A stretch of 64,000 nucleotides of DNA from contig CAWJKT010000004.1 in assembly GCA_963843375.1 (NCBI GenBank), positions 288,001-352,000 on the forward strand, in the 5' to 3' direction. Under the pieces are notes generated by a model that worked only from the letters and a program-made list of their open reading frames with translations, was not told the DNA's origin and did no database searches. The stretch's first letter is position 1. The number at the start of each line of letters is the position of its first letter. The stretch comes from an uncultured Pseudomonadota bacterium (GTDB lineage: Bacteria > Oederibacteriota > Muellerivitia > Muellerivitales > Muellerivitaceae). Positions 51,257-60,975 of the stretch are shown in pieces. Position numbers and translations under genes: made by a program.

Positions 51257-51281
51257 GATGTATATTGCTATCATATACATC
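51257..51281. promoter_or_regulatory. Inverted-repeat operator of the TA operon
   Basis: Perfect GATGTATAT-N7-ATATACATC ending 4 nt before the toxin ATG. Confidence 0.75.
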
Positions 51282-51285
51282 CATT

Positions 51286-51609
51286 ATGAGCTCGAACGAA
51301 CTTCCATTGAACTGCATTGGTTTCGATTGGGATAAGGAAAACCTTTCGAAAAATTGGGAAAAGCACGGGGTGGGTTTTTGGGAGTGCGAGGAGATTTTTT
51401 TTAACCAGCCCCTCTTGCTGGCTGACGACACTCGGCATTCCCGGGAGGAACGAAGGTTTTACGCCATTGGAAGATCGGATTCGGAAAGGCCGTTGTTTTT
51501 GGCCTTTACCGTTCGCCATCGGAAGACCCGGGTAATCTCGGCGAGGGACATGAGCCGGAAGGAAAGGAGCGAATACAAAAATGCAGAAAAAAAAGATACC
51601 AACCTTTAA
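51286..51609 (+). CDS. BrnT-family (DUF497) ribonuclease toxin
   Basis: GFDWD..N..KN..KH.V...E.EE.F, D..HS..E.R...IG, FT.R....RVISARDM..KER. Confidence 0.9.
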   Translation: MSSNELPLNCIGFDWDKENLSKNWEKHGVGFWECEEIFFNQPLLLADDTRHSREERRFYAIGRSDSERPLFLAFTVRHRKTRVISARDMSRKERSEYKNAEKKDTNL

Positions 51610-51874
51610 ATCCGAGGAAGAAGAAAGGGTGTTTTGGGCAAAAGAAGACTCAGTGGAGTATGTCGATTGGAGCGAGGCCAAACGGGTCGTTTTCCCCCAT
51701 TTGAAACCGTCACTCAAGACGATTTCCTTACGCCTACCCGCGTCAATGATCGAAGAATTAAAGATATTAGCGAACAAAAAAGATGTGCCCTATCAATCGT
51801 TAATGAAGCTTTTCCTGTCGGAACGCATTACCCGGGAACTGTCTATGGCCTCCACACATTCTTCCAAACACTAA
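51581..51874 (+). CDS. BrnA/CopG-like antitoxin
   Basis: IP.FKSE.EER.FW...DS..Y.DW, TISLRLP, A.K.DVPYQSL.K; overlaps the toxin. Confidence 0.88.
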   Translation: MQKKKIPTFKSEEEERVFWAKEDSVEYVDWSEAKRVVFPHLKPSLKTISLRLPASMIEELKILANKKDVPYQSLMKLFLSERITRELSMASTHSSKH

Positions 51875-52014
51875 AGAAACATTAAGACGTTTGCTTATAT
51901 TATTTAGGCTTTTTATCCTCTGTTCATTAATTTCAACCAACTTCAAGTAACTTTTAAATAGCAGGGAGGGTAGAAGCTTTTGAGGTAAAGTCATTGAAAA
52001 TCGAGGGGGAAGTG

Positions 52015-52590
52015 GTGAAAAAAATGGTTAAGTGGTTTATGGTGGCCCTGATGGTTCTCGTCTTTAGGACTCATCTAGGGCAAGCTGATTCAATGAATGG
52101 AGGCCAAGACATGGGTGCCGATAATGCCGCGACGCCGGGAGAAGGAATGAAGTATAAAACCTATACGAAGGAAGAGTTGAAGAAAAAGCTCACCCCCGAG
52201 CAATACGAAGTGACCCAGGAAGAAGGGACCGAAACGCCTTTTCACAACGCTTATTGGGACAATCATGCCGAAGGGATTTACGTGGACGTGGTTTCGGGCG
52301 AACCTCTTTTCAGCTCCGCCGACAAGTTTGATTCGGGCACTGGATGGCCCAGCTTTACCCGGCCCCTGGAGCCGGCGGACATCAAACAAAAAGAAGATAA
52401 AAGCATGTTCATGGACAGGACCGAGGTCCGCAGCCAGCACGGCAATTGCCACCTGGGCCACGTATTCGACGACGGCCCGGCCCCGACAGGACTGCGCTAT
52501 TGCATCAATTCCGCTTCCTTGAAATTCATCCCCAAGGCGGATTTGGAAAAAGCAGGCTACGGAAAGTATCTGAAACTTTTCAAAAAGTAA
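52015..52590 (+). CDS. msrB: Peptide-methionine (R)-S-oxide reductase with N-terminal signal peptide
   Basis: [47 protein letters not shown]. Confidence 0.93.
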   Translation: MKKMVKWFMVALMVLVFRTHLGQADSMNGGQDMGADNAATPGEGMKYKTYTKEELKKKLTPEQYEVTQEEGTETPFHNAYWDNHAEGIYVDVVSGEPLFSSADKFDSGTGWPSFTRPLEPADIKQKEDKSMFMDRTEVRSQHGNCHLGHVFDDGPAPTGLRYCINSASLKFIPKADLEKAGYGKYLKLFKK

Positions 52591-52750
52591 CCCCTTTGAA
52601 TAATGATGTTTTGAAGCTTTGATAACGACCCAGATGCGGCCATCAAAGCCTCTTTTAACAATCCGTTAAACTTTTGAAAGGGCCTAGTTTTGGATCTGGA
52701 CCGGGTTCCATAATGTCCTCCAGCATTTAGCTGGTGAAAGGAATCTGGAT

Positions 52751-54199
52751 ATGGCCTTTGCTTTTTCACGCTGGTTTGTTTGCGTCCTTCTCTGCTTTAT
52801 TCTTCCTTCACTCACCCCTGCGGGGGAATCCCTTCCTTGGGGGAACGGGCTGGTCGCCGTCCCCGAGGGAACCTTTCTCATGATGTCGGACCTGCACTTT
52901 GACCCCTTTGCCGATCCAAAGCTTGTGCCCGACTTGATCCAACATCCCGTGGAGGATTGGGAAGGCATCCTCGATTCTTCCCAGTCCACGGGTTTCGCCC
53001 CTTATGGAAAGGACTCCAATTGGCCCTTGCTGATTTCGGCCTTGCGGGAGGCGAAAAGCCTGGGTCCTTTCGATTACGCCCTTATCACCGGCGACTACTT
53101 GGTGCACGAGTCCCGCAAACTATTCGAGCCCTATGGCGGTAAGGATGAGAAGGCCTATGAGGATTTCGTGAAGAAGACCGAGGTTTTCGTAGCCCGCGAA
53201 GTCCAAAAGGCCCTGTCGGGTCTTCCGGTTTATTTTTGCCTGGGGAACAACGACTCGGAATGCGGCGATTACATGATTGCCACCCACAGCGATTTTTTAG
53301 GCCAGCTTTCCGGGGAATGGGGCGTTCTGGAGTGGCGCCCGAAGGCGAAAAAAAGTTTCGCGGAAACGGGGAACTACTCCTTGCCCCATCCCACGGTGCC
53401 GGGGATGGAACTGGTCGTCTTGAACGACGTCTATTGGTCCAACCGATTTTCGCCGGATTCCTGCTATCCCGAAAACGGCGACCAGGGGAAGGCGGAGATG
53501 AAATGGCTGGAAAGCCGGTTGAAAGACGCCAAAGCCAAAAACCGGAAAGTTCAGTTGGTCATGCATATCCCCCCGGCCGCGGACGTTTTCGGCACCTATG
53601 CTAAAGGCCATATGGGCATGTCCTACGCCCAGGCGGCCCAGCTTTTTTGGGCGCCGAAATACGAAATGGCGTTCCTAGACCTGATGAAGGCTTATCCGGG
53701 GGTGGTGGTTTCGGGTTTTGCGGGCCATACCCACATGGATGACTTCCGGATTTTCAGCGAGGGGAACAACTCCTTCTTCATCCACATTTGTCCCGCCGTC
53801 AGCCCTATCCGGGGCAACAACCCGGGCTTCCAGGTGGCCCTTTACGACCGTGGGACCGGGGCGATCAAGGACATGGCGACTTTCGATCTGACCAACTTGG
53901 TATCGGCGAAATCCGCCAAGGAAGCCCGATGGGAACTGGAATACGGCTTCGACAAAGCCTATGGCTTATCCGGATATGACGTCCCATCCCTTTTGACTCT
54001 GACGAGCCAGATCCAAACCACGGATTCCATTCGTCAAAAATTCTCTCTCTATTACCGGGGTTCGGCGCCAAACACGGAAAAGGGGAAATTCATCCCGGAT
54101 GACGCATGGAAAATCCTGAACTGTCTCCATACCCAGTGGACAGAGGAAGGATTGGCGGCGGCCCTGAGCGGCCCGGCGACGCAGGGTGCGGGAAAGTAA
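52751..54199 (+). CDS. Secreted calcineurin-like metallophosphoesterase (acid sphingomyelinase-like)
   Basis: SDLHFDP, TGDYL.H, LGNND, MHIPP, GHTH.D, P.VSP...NNPGF. Confidence 0.85.
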   Translation: MAFAFSRWFVCVLLCFILPSLTPAGESLPWGNGLVAVPEGTFLMMSDLHFDPFADPKLVPDLIQHPVEDWEGILDSSQSTGFAPYGKDSNWPLLISALREAKSLGPFDYALITGDYLVHESRKLFEPYGGKDEKAYEDFVKKTEVFVAREVQKALSGLPVYFCLGNNDSECGDYMIATHSDFLGQLSGEWGVLEWRPKAKKSFAETGNYSLPHPTVPGMELVVLNDVYWSNRFSPDSCYPENGDQGKAEMKWLESRLKDAKAKNRKVQLVMHIPPAADVFGTYAKGHMGMSYAQAAQLFWAPKYEMAFLDLMKAYPGVVVSGFAGHTHMDDFRIFSEGNNSFFIHICPAVSPIRGNNPGFQVALYDRGTGAIKDMATFDLTNLVSAKSAKEARWELEYGFDKAYGLSGYDVPSLLTLTSQIQTTDSIRQKFSLYYRGSAPNTEKGKFIPDDAWKILNCLHTQWTEEGLAAALSGPATQGAGK

Positions 54200-54437
54200 A
54201 GGATGGATTTATTCTTCCAATTTATGATTTGATCATAAATTGAGCCAACACCTATAGGGTGCCGCCAATGGTATACACCTTATAACACCTTGATAAATTG
54301 CTATTGGATCCCCGCCAAATTTAAAGATTTAGTAATTTTAAATTTTTTGTATAAAAGTCCGCTTTGCCCATTTACACCCTACTTCCGCTTGATTATTGTT
54401 CCTTTGTGCAATCGTCATTAAGGGAAAGGCGCGGGGC

Positions 54438-55187
54438 ATGGAACATTGGGAAGCTTGGTGTAACCTGGGAGGGTCCCTCCTGGGCGCTTTGGGCGGACTC
54501 TACCTGACCTATGATATCCTCGGCGGTAAGGACGGGCCGCTGGCGGGAGTCACCCGGGTGGTGACTTACTCGGCCCTATTCGCTTTCTCCTATAGTCTGG
54601 GACTGGGGTTGAGGTTCGGGTTGATTGCCAGCCTCGGGATGGGTTTGATCCTGGGGTACGATTTTTACTTGGAAGCCCGCCGAGTCCATATCAAGGGAAA
54701 ACCCCGGCATTGGACTATCGGAGTGATTTTGGGTTCAAGCCGCGCTTTGATGCTTTCCCTGGGTTTGATGGCCATCACCAACGGGCGTATCTTTTTGTTT
54801 CTTTTCCCGATTTACGCCATTTTTATCTGTGGGACCTACCTATTGGGTTTCTCGCCCGCGGACAACCTCAAGGTCTGCAAGCGTCTGGAATTGAGAGCCT
54901 CAAATTTTTGGGTTTCGGTGCTCCGGGGGGTGGGCGCCGGGCTTTCCTTCTGGGCGGCGATTTCCATCGTTACGGCTATAACCGGCCAAATCTTTTCTTT
55001 CGCTCCCGCTTGGCGGGTGGGATTGACCATTGGCGGGACCAGTTTTTTCGTCGGAACCTTTACACCCTGGGTTGAATGGTGGGTGGATCGGTTGTCTCGG
55101 CGCTGGCTGGCAGTGGTGGGGGTCACGTTCGCTATTCTGGGATTCCTGATTCAGGCATTTCCTAATTGGATCATTCTTCTAAAATAA
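54438..55187 (+). CDS. Hypothetical polytopic membrane protein
   Basis: About 250 aa, Gly-rich, 7-8 hydrophobic segments. Confidence 0.65.
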   Translation: MEHWEAWCNLGGSLLGALGGLYLTYDILGGKDGPLAGVTRVVTYSALFAFSYSLGLGLRFGLIASLGMGLILGYDFYLEARRVHIKGKPRHWTIGVILGSSRALMLSLGLMAITNGRIFLFLFPIYAIFICGTYLLGFSPADNLKVCKRLELRASNFWVSVLRGVGAGLSFWAAISIVTAITGQIFSFAPAWRVGLTIGGTSFFVGTFTPWVEWWVDRLSRRWLAVVGVTFAILGFLIQAFPNWIILLK

Positions 55188-55211
55188 AAAAGGCCGTCCA
55201 AGGAGCTCCCT

Positions 55212-55856
55212 ACGAGATTTGATATAAGCCAAATTTCCAAGCGTGATACCTACAACCTTATCAACGGCCTAGTGGCCCCGCGTCCTATTGCTCTGGTCAC
55301 CAGCCTTGGGTCCAATGGCATTCTCAATGCCGCCCCTTTTAGTTCTTACAACTATCTTTGCCTGGACCCACCCATCCTGGGGTTCGGGGTGGCGGTCCCG
55401 CCTATCGGCAAGGAGCTTAAAGACACGGCCCGCAACATCGAACTATCGGGAGAATATGTTGTCAATGTGGTGACCGAGGACATCGGACGACAGATGAACA
55501 TCTGCGGGGTGGATTTTCCGTCTGACGTGAGTGAGTTGGACATGGCGGGCTTCACCACCGAACCCTCCTTGGTCGTCAAGACGCCTCGCATCAAGGAGGC
55601 CCATGCCGCCATGGAGTGCCGTCTCTTTCAGATACTCAAACCAAGCCCAGGCCCAGCGCGCATCATTTTGGGGAATGTGGTGGCGGTTTTTGTTGAGGAC
55701 CGCTTTATCGACCCCAAGGGGCCCTATATCCTCGCGAAGGAACTTCATTCTATCGGCCGCATGAACGCCTTGAACAATTACGTTCACACCCGGGATGCCT
55801 TCTTTGAAATTCAAAGGCTAAATTATGAGATGTGGCAGAAGGGTGAAAGGGGTTAA
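55212..55856 (+). CDS. Flavin reductase-like (FMN-binding) protein; apparent start codon reads ACG
   Basis: Y.LI.GLVAPRPIALVTS, NAAPFS.YN, KDT.RNI...GE.VVN.V; AGGAG 6 nt before ACG 55212. Confidence 0.85.
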   Translation, partial: TRFDISQISKRDTYNLINGLVAPRPIALVTSLGSNGILNAAPFSSYNYLCLDPPILGFGVAVPPIGKELKDTARNIELSGEYVVNVVTEDIGRQMNICGVDFPSDVSELDMAGFTTEPSLVVKTPRIKEAHAAMECRLFQILKPSPGPARIILGNVVAVFVEDRFIDPKGPYILAKELHSIGRMNALNNYVHTRDAFFEIQRLNYEMWQKGERG

Positions 55857-55858
55857 GG

Positions 55859-57550
55859 ATGCGTTGCCGCTATAGGGTTGAGGTGGGCTGCTTCCTGGTT
55901 TTCGCCCTTTTCACATCCGGTTTTGCCCTGTCCCAGTCCAGTGCCCATCCAAGGGGGCTTGTGGATACGGGGTGCGGCCCTTGGAAACTTTCCCTTACTC
56001 CCATGCCGGTCGTTCCCATGGACGAAATCACGGTCTACGCTTTCAGCCAGAGCGGCAACAACGACAGCGACCCCCAGGTTTTGGATCTTGCCCCGGATAT
56101 CAACATCCGGTCTTGGTCGAAATGGGACCGTTACGGGGTAGAGGCTTCCGACTACAATTTCAAATACGTGGACGACTGTCACGCCTCCCACGTCCGCTTC
56201 ATCGGCGGCCTCACCGCCACCATCCTTTTCGCCGACGAATTCCCGCCGGAGGCGTTCGACCGAATCGCCTGCCGAAATGCCCAAGGTGCTATCGTCAATC
56301 ACGATAACATTGTGCCCGGCGCCCACCGGGGAAGTCTTGCGGACCCGGAATACCGGGATTACTTGGTAAAGATCTGCGAAATCCAGATTGACGGGGGCGT
56401 GGACGGTCTCTTTTTTGACGAGGTGGACCAGGATTACCAGGGGGAAAGGTACGACAACAACGAGGGCTTTGACGACTACCACCTGGCCGATTTCAACGCT
56501 TACCTCCTAGCCAAATATCCGCAAGGAACGGATTTCGGAAAGCTTTTCAAAATGGTCCCCGGCAATACATTGAAGCGCGATCTGCCTCCCGGAGACTTGA
56601 GGAACAACTTCAATTACCTTCGATACCTGGATTTTTACGGCTGGGCCGCCAATCCCCTTTCGGCGGAAAATCCCCTGGCTGCCGAATGGGGGAAAAGCTA
56701 CGACGACCACCCCGAGCCCGGGGCAAAGACCTTCGTGAGCGCGGCCGAGCCCTACCGCTATTTTGGTCTCATCGTTAGGACACTGAAGAACTACGCCAGG
56801 AAGAAATACGGCCGGGATCTGCTGGTAACCGGAAACGGCATCCTCCCCAACGTGGATTTCGAAAGTATCGGCCTGTGGGACTACAACCACGACGGTGATG
56901 GGGGAAGCATGGCCGATTATGTTCCGGTTGTGGAGGGACACTTGAACGGCAGGGTCTCCCTACAAAGAGTGTTTCGCCGCTTTAAGGCCCAATCGCAAGT
57001 CCTCGCTCCCGGCGCGCCAGTGGTGCTGTTTATCGACTGGCCCACCCCCACACTCAACCGCTATACGGCTCTTCCGCAAACCGAAAGGGAGGATTATTGG
57101 CGTCTTTACGCTGCGGAGGCCTATGCCAACGGGCTTTTTTTTGCTTTTCACCTGAAGACCACCACGGGGGAACCCAAAGCCGACCAGCAGGACATGATGC
57201 CCTTTTTCAAAAGTTACACAGCCTTTTACCGCTCCCATGCCGTCCTTTACCACCATGTCACCCCATTGGACTCGGCGGCCACTTGCTCGCTTTCCAGTGC
57301 CATGGTTGCGGTGGCGCAAGGGAAGGACCGGGTGCTGGTTCACCTGGTGAACCACGAATACGACAAGGGGTTTCAGACCCAACACGACGTGGCTGTCACG
57401 ATTCCGCTGGATGTACCACCCCAGGAAGTCACGGTGGCTTCGCCCGATTTACCCAATGATATGCCGCTGAAATATTACTATTCGAAAGGAAAACTTTCAG
57501 TGGTTCTTCCCATGCTGAGGGCCTATTCGGTAGTGGTGGTGAAGGAGTAA
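55859..57550 (+). CDS. Secreted putative glycoside-hydrolase-like protein
   Basis: Signal peptide; P.YR.YL......GVDGLFFDE; aromatic-rich; C-terminal beta domain VHLVNH.Y. Confidence 0.6.
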   Translation: MRCRYRVEVGCFLVFALFTSGFALSQSSAHPRGLVDTGCGPWKLSLTPMPVVPMDEITVYAFSQSGNNDSDPQVLDLAPDINIRSWSKWDRYGVEASDYNFKYVDDCHASHVRFIGGLTATILFADEFPPEAFDRIACRNAQGAIVNHDNIVPGAHRGSLADPEYRDYLVKICEIQIDGGVDGLFFDEVDQDYQGERYDNNEGFDDYHLADFNAYLLAKYPQGTDFGKLFKMVPGNTLKRDLPPGDLRNNFNYLRYLDFYGWAANPLSAENPLAAEWGKSYDDHPEPGAKTFVSAAEPYRYFGLIVRTLKNYARKKYGRDLLVTGNGILPNVDFESIGLWDYNHDGDGGSMADYVPVVEGHLNGRVSLQRVFRRFKAQSQVLAPGAPVVLFIDWPTPTLNRYTALPQTEREDYWRLYAAEAYANGLFFAFHLKTTTGEPKADQQDMMPFFKSYTAFYRSHAVLYHHVTPLDSAATCSLSSAMVAVAQGKDRVLVHLVNHEYDKGFQTQHDVAVTIPLDVPPQEVTVASPDLPNDMPLKYYYSKGKLSVVLPMLRAYSVVVVKE

Positions 57551-57702
57551 CCCTTCTTCTTTTTCTGTCCATCCAGGTCTCCGACGTGGACTTTCCGGAT
57601 CCGCAGGTATTCGTCCCGACTTTCGAAGCGGTTTTGCCTTGAGCAATACCTGGAATGGAATTTTTTTCCGCTTTTGTCCAATATGGCTCTGGTTCCTGTC
57701 CT

Positions 57703-58596
57703 TTACCGGGACGCCAAATATTCCAGATGCTTCGCGATTTCTTTTGTTGCCTTAAATTCCAGGCCGAATTCTTTTTTAATCAGGCTCATGTCAAACAACG
57801 TGGGCTTCGGGTTCCAGCCCTTGTCCTCGACTAAGATCTTGCTTTTGGAGTCCGTGATCTCAATGGCTTTGTGAGCAACCTTTTCCCAAGTCACGAACTC
57901 GCTGGAGAGGCCGAAGAATATCCGGCGGTTTAGATCGCTTTTCAAAACAGCGCTGTACAACTTCGCCAAGTCGCCCGCCCAAATGAACTGGGTGCCATCG
58001 TGTCTCGTGACCCTAATGGATTTGTTTTTTTTCGCTGCCCCCGCGATCACGGTGAAACGCTGGTCCGGCTGGGTGACCCCATCGTTAAAGGCGGGATTGC
58101 CGAAGGTATAGCCAGGGCGGATGATGTTACAGCGAATCTTCGCCTTGGCGGCGAAGCCCAAAAGAAAGGCCTCCGAAGCCGCTTTCGTGGAGCCGTAAAG
58201 GTCCATCGGTCTAAGATCGATGTTTTCGTTCATGTGCGGACGGAATTCCCCCACCGCCGCCGTCGAGGAAGTATAAAGAAACTGCTTCACACCGGCCTCT
58301 TCCGCCTCCTCCATCAAAAAGGCCGTGACCGCCGTGTCTTTTTGAAGCATGGTGGTGGGTGTTTCCCCCCAACCCAGGGCGATATGTACGCAGGAGTCAC
58401 AACCCTTCAGGGCCTTTTTGAGGACCGGTTGGTCGTAAAGTGTGCCCTTCACGATTTCGACGCCAGGAATGTTTTTCAGCGAGGGGATCTTGGACATGTT
58501 CCGGATCAAAAGACGAAGCTGGTAGCCCTGGGCCAAAAATTCCTTGACGACCCAATGCCCGATAAAGCCGCTGCCACCGGTAAGAAATATTTTCAT
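57703..58596 (-). CDS. NAD-dependent epimerase/dehydratase (extended SDR)
   Basis: MKIFLTGGSGFIG, YTSS.A, YGSTK (YxxxK). Confidence 0.9.
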   Translation of the reverse strand: MKIFLTGGSGFIGHWVVKEFLAQGYQLRLLIRNMSKIPSLKNIPGVEIVKGTLYDQPVLKKALKGCDSCVHIALGWGETPTTMLQKDTAVTAFLMEEAEEAGVKQFLYTSSTAAVGEFRPHMNENIDLRPMDLYGSTKAASEAFLLGFAAKAKIRCNIIRPGYTFGNPAFNDGVTQPDQRFTVIAGAAKKNKSIRVTRHDGTQFIWAGDLAKLYSAVLKSDLNRRIFFGLSSEFVTWEKVAHKAIEITDSKSKILVEDKGWNPKPTLFDMSLIKKEFGLEFKATKEIAKHLEYLASR

Positions 58597-58657
58597 TTTT
58601 CAAATCCCACTTTTTAGATTTTATCCGGGCATTTTCCATTGAATTGGCCCCGGCTCG

Positions 58658-59329
58658 TTAAAGGTTCTGGGAGTCCTCTCCGGAATATTTTTCAATGTTT
58701 TGTAACATTTGCTCATTTTCATCGTTGGAAAGATCCCTCTGCTTCTGCCGGAGGTCCTTGAGCTTTTGATAAACATCCTTGGTGGCCGCGAAATCCCCTT
58801 TCCGCTGAAAGCTGGAAAGCTGTTCAGAGAGTTGGAAGAAATCATCGTTGAGAAGCTTCACTTTTTCGAGGGTGGCCAGGTTCTCCTTCAAATAGCTGAG
58901 TTTCTTAAAATCCCCCTCCGGGGTTCTGCCGATTTCCTCCTGAAGCCGTTGGAGGCCATGATCAAACCGCAGTGACCTTAATTTGTGCCGGGCCTCCAAA
59001 ATGGGGATCTCCTCGTCCCAGGTGGCGTCCCTTTCGGCCGTAAGGTTGTCCATTTCCGTCTTGCATTCGGAAGCCTTCTTGGCGTCCCCCGCCTTTTGCG
59101 CTTCTTCCATTTTATCCTTCAGCAATTCTTGAGCGAGTTGGAAGAGGTCCAAGTTGAATTTCAGTTCCTTATCCTTATTGCTGTCTTCCAGGGCGGTGAT
59201 CTCTTCGTGAAGAGTCGTGATCTGGTCTTCCGGATCCGGGGGATCGGCCATGACCCTGGACGCCCCCAGGCCTAAAAACAGAAAGGGGAATGAATAAAGG
59301 AACCCATAGAAGATGAGATTTTGTTTCAT
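58658..59329 (-). CDS. Secreted coiled-coil hypothetical protein
   Basis: RBS AAGGAG; signal peptide; E/K/L-rich heptads. Confidence 0.65.
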   Translation of the reverse strand: MKQNLIFYGFLYSFPFLFLGLGASRVMADPPDPEDQITTLHEEITALEDSNKDKELKFNLDLFQLAQELLKDKMEEAQKAGDAKKASECKTEMDNLTAERDATWDEEIPILEARHKLRSLRFDHGLQRLQEEIGRTPEGDFKKLSYLKENLATLEKVKLLNDDFFQLSEQLSSFQRKGDFAATKDVYQKLKDLRQKQRDLSNDENEQMLQNIEKYSGEDSQNL

Positions 59330-59360
59330 TTTGTCTCCTTAAATAATTAATGACCATCCT

Positions 59361-59405
59361 AAAACAGAAAAGCCTTTTCCGGTGTTGGAAATGGCTTTTC
59401 TTTTG
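59361..59405 (-). terminator. Terminator-like hairpin downstream of the ohr cluster
   Basis: Minus strand AGAAAAGCCAUUUCC-loop-GGAAAAGGCUUUUCU-GUUUU. Confidence 0.6.
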
Positions 59406-59533
59406 ACGCCTCGGAAAAAGCCCTTGGGCCGTCGGTAATCTTTATAGGTTTTTCTCTTCTCCCGTTTGACGGGTGAAAAACAAGCCTTTCGGTTCTGTTC
59501 CTCGGAAAGACAAATTGATCTACTGCCCCTCGT

Positions 59534-59788
59534 TTAAATCAAACTCTTGTCAGCCTCCGGGGAACGGGGTGGGCCCAGGGAAAGGGCCCCAGATGGGCAC
59601 TTTGCCACTTGTTTCCTGATTTCCTGTGAGGTTGCGGCCATCGGCTCGATCCATGGTTTGCGGCGGGGATCGAAAACCTTGGGCAGGCCCTCGAAGCAGT
59701 AGCCCGCATGGAAACAAAGGTGGGGTTTCCAGACCACCGAGAGTTCGCCGTTGGAGTAATGCTTGGTCATCTCCCTTTTTTTATCCAT
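59534..59788 (-). CDS. Divergent 4Fe-4S mono-cluster protein (YjdI-like)
   Basis: W.P..C.HAG.C..GLP.VF.P..KPWI...CPSGAL. Confidence 0.85.
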   Translation of the reverse strand: MDKKREMTKHYSNGELSVVWKPHLCFHAGYCFEGLPKVFDPRRKPWIEPMAATSQEIRKQVAKCPSGALSLGPPRSPEADKSLI

Positions 59789-59808
59789 GTTTTTCTCCAG
59801 GAACGGTA

Positions 59809-60003
59809 TTAATCCTCATCCAACAAAACGAATTCGGTCTTGGGGGCGCCGCAGGAAGGGCAAGTATTTGGAGGGTTGGAGCCCCGCGGAATCAGTTCGC
59901 CGCAGCGAAGACATTTCCAAAGAATTTCGGTTTGGTCCTGGTTGGCGTCGTATTGGTAGTCGGGGGATAAACCGGAATTAGAGAGAGATGGCTTGACTGG
60001 CAT
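59809..60003 (-). CDS. Rubredoxin-like small protein
   Basis: WKCLRCG...CPSCGAPK.EF. Confidence 0.75.
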   Translation of the reverse strand: MPVKPSLSNSGLSPDYQYDANQDQTEILWKCLRCGELIPRGSNPPNTCPSCGAPKTEFVLLDED

Positions 60004-60025
60004 GGCAAATCCCCTTTCCCTTTCT

Positions 60026-60439
60026 TCAATCGGCAAATAATTTGACTTCGATATTTCCCCGGGTGGCTTTGGAGTAGGGGCAAATCTGGTGGGCAGCGTT
60101 CATCAGTTCCATGGTTTCTTCTTGCGATAGGCCCTGGGCTTTTCCGCGCATTTCCACCGAGAGGAAATGGCCGCCCGCGTCGTCAGTATTGAAGCTGACC
60201 AGGGCGGTCATTTCCACGTCCCTCAGGTGTTTCATTTGTTTGGCGCCGATGGAGCGGAAGGCGCTTTCGAAACAGGCGGAAAAACCTGCTGCGAAGAGCT
60301 GTTCGGGATTAGTCCCCCCGCCGGGGCCGCCCATTTCCTTGGGCTTCTTCAAATCGAAATCCAAGAATCCATCCGAGGAATGGACATGGCCGGAACGGCC
60401 ACCGTGGGCCGTCGCAACAGCGGTATATTCGGTCTTCAA
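60026..60439 (-). CDS. ohr: Organic hydroperoxide resistance protein
   Basis: GGR.G, GTNPEQLFAAG.SACF, AHQICPYSKATRGNI. Confidence 0.93.
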   Translation of the reverse strand: MKTEYTAVATAHGGRSGHVHSSDGFLDFDLKKPKEMGGPGGGTNPEQLFAAGFSACFESAFRSIGAKQMKHLRDVEMTALVSFNTDDAGGHFLSVEMRGKAQGLSQEETMELMNAAHQICPYSKATRGNIEVKLFAD

Positions 60440-60975
60440 GAGCTCCTCCTTTTTTCAATGGATGGAAACCGGAAGACAGACAGGATGCCCGTCCGGTGGC
60501 GGGAATATCAAGATCAGAAGGATAAATTTTAGGGGACCCCTCAAAAATTTTTTTCACTACGGTGGCATAAAGAAAGGGCAAAAAACATGGACCGATCGAA
60601 TTGAAGATGACTTTTCCAAGGACCATCACCCCCAAAGCCCCATTCCATGGATTTTCATTCTCCAAGTGCTTCCGCTTCTCTGAAAAAACACAATTAAAGG
60701 GAGCTTCGATGGGACTCCCGGCGATCGAGACGGAGAGGAGTGGATGATATTAAAAAAGGAGGCATCCCTCCTCCAGCATTAACACCTCGCCCGGAGTTTG
60801 TTGATTGCATTCTCCTTCGGATGATGGATTCCTCTGGTTCCATCCGTTCATTTTTTAAGTTTTTTCCTCATTCATCCTTGTTCACCTGCGGCTTAAATGA
60901 TTTGGCCTTTTAGGCGTAAATCTACATTTAAAAGATGTTTTTAGGGTTATTTCGCCATCCCTCTTGCGAAGGAGT

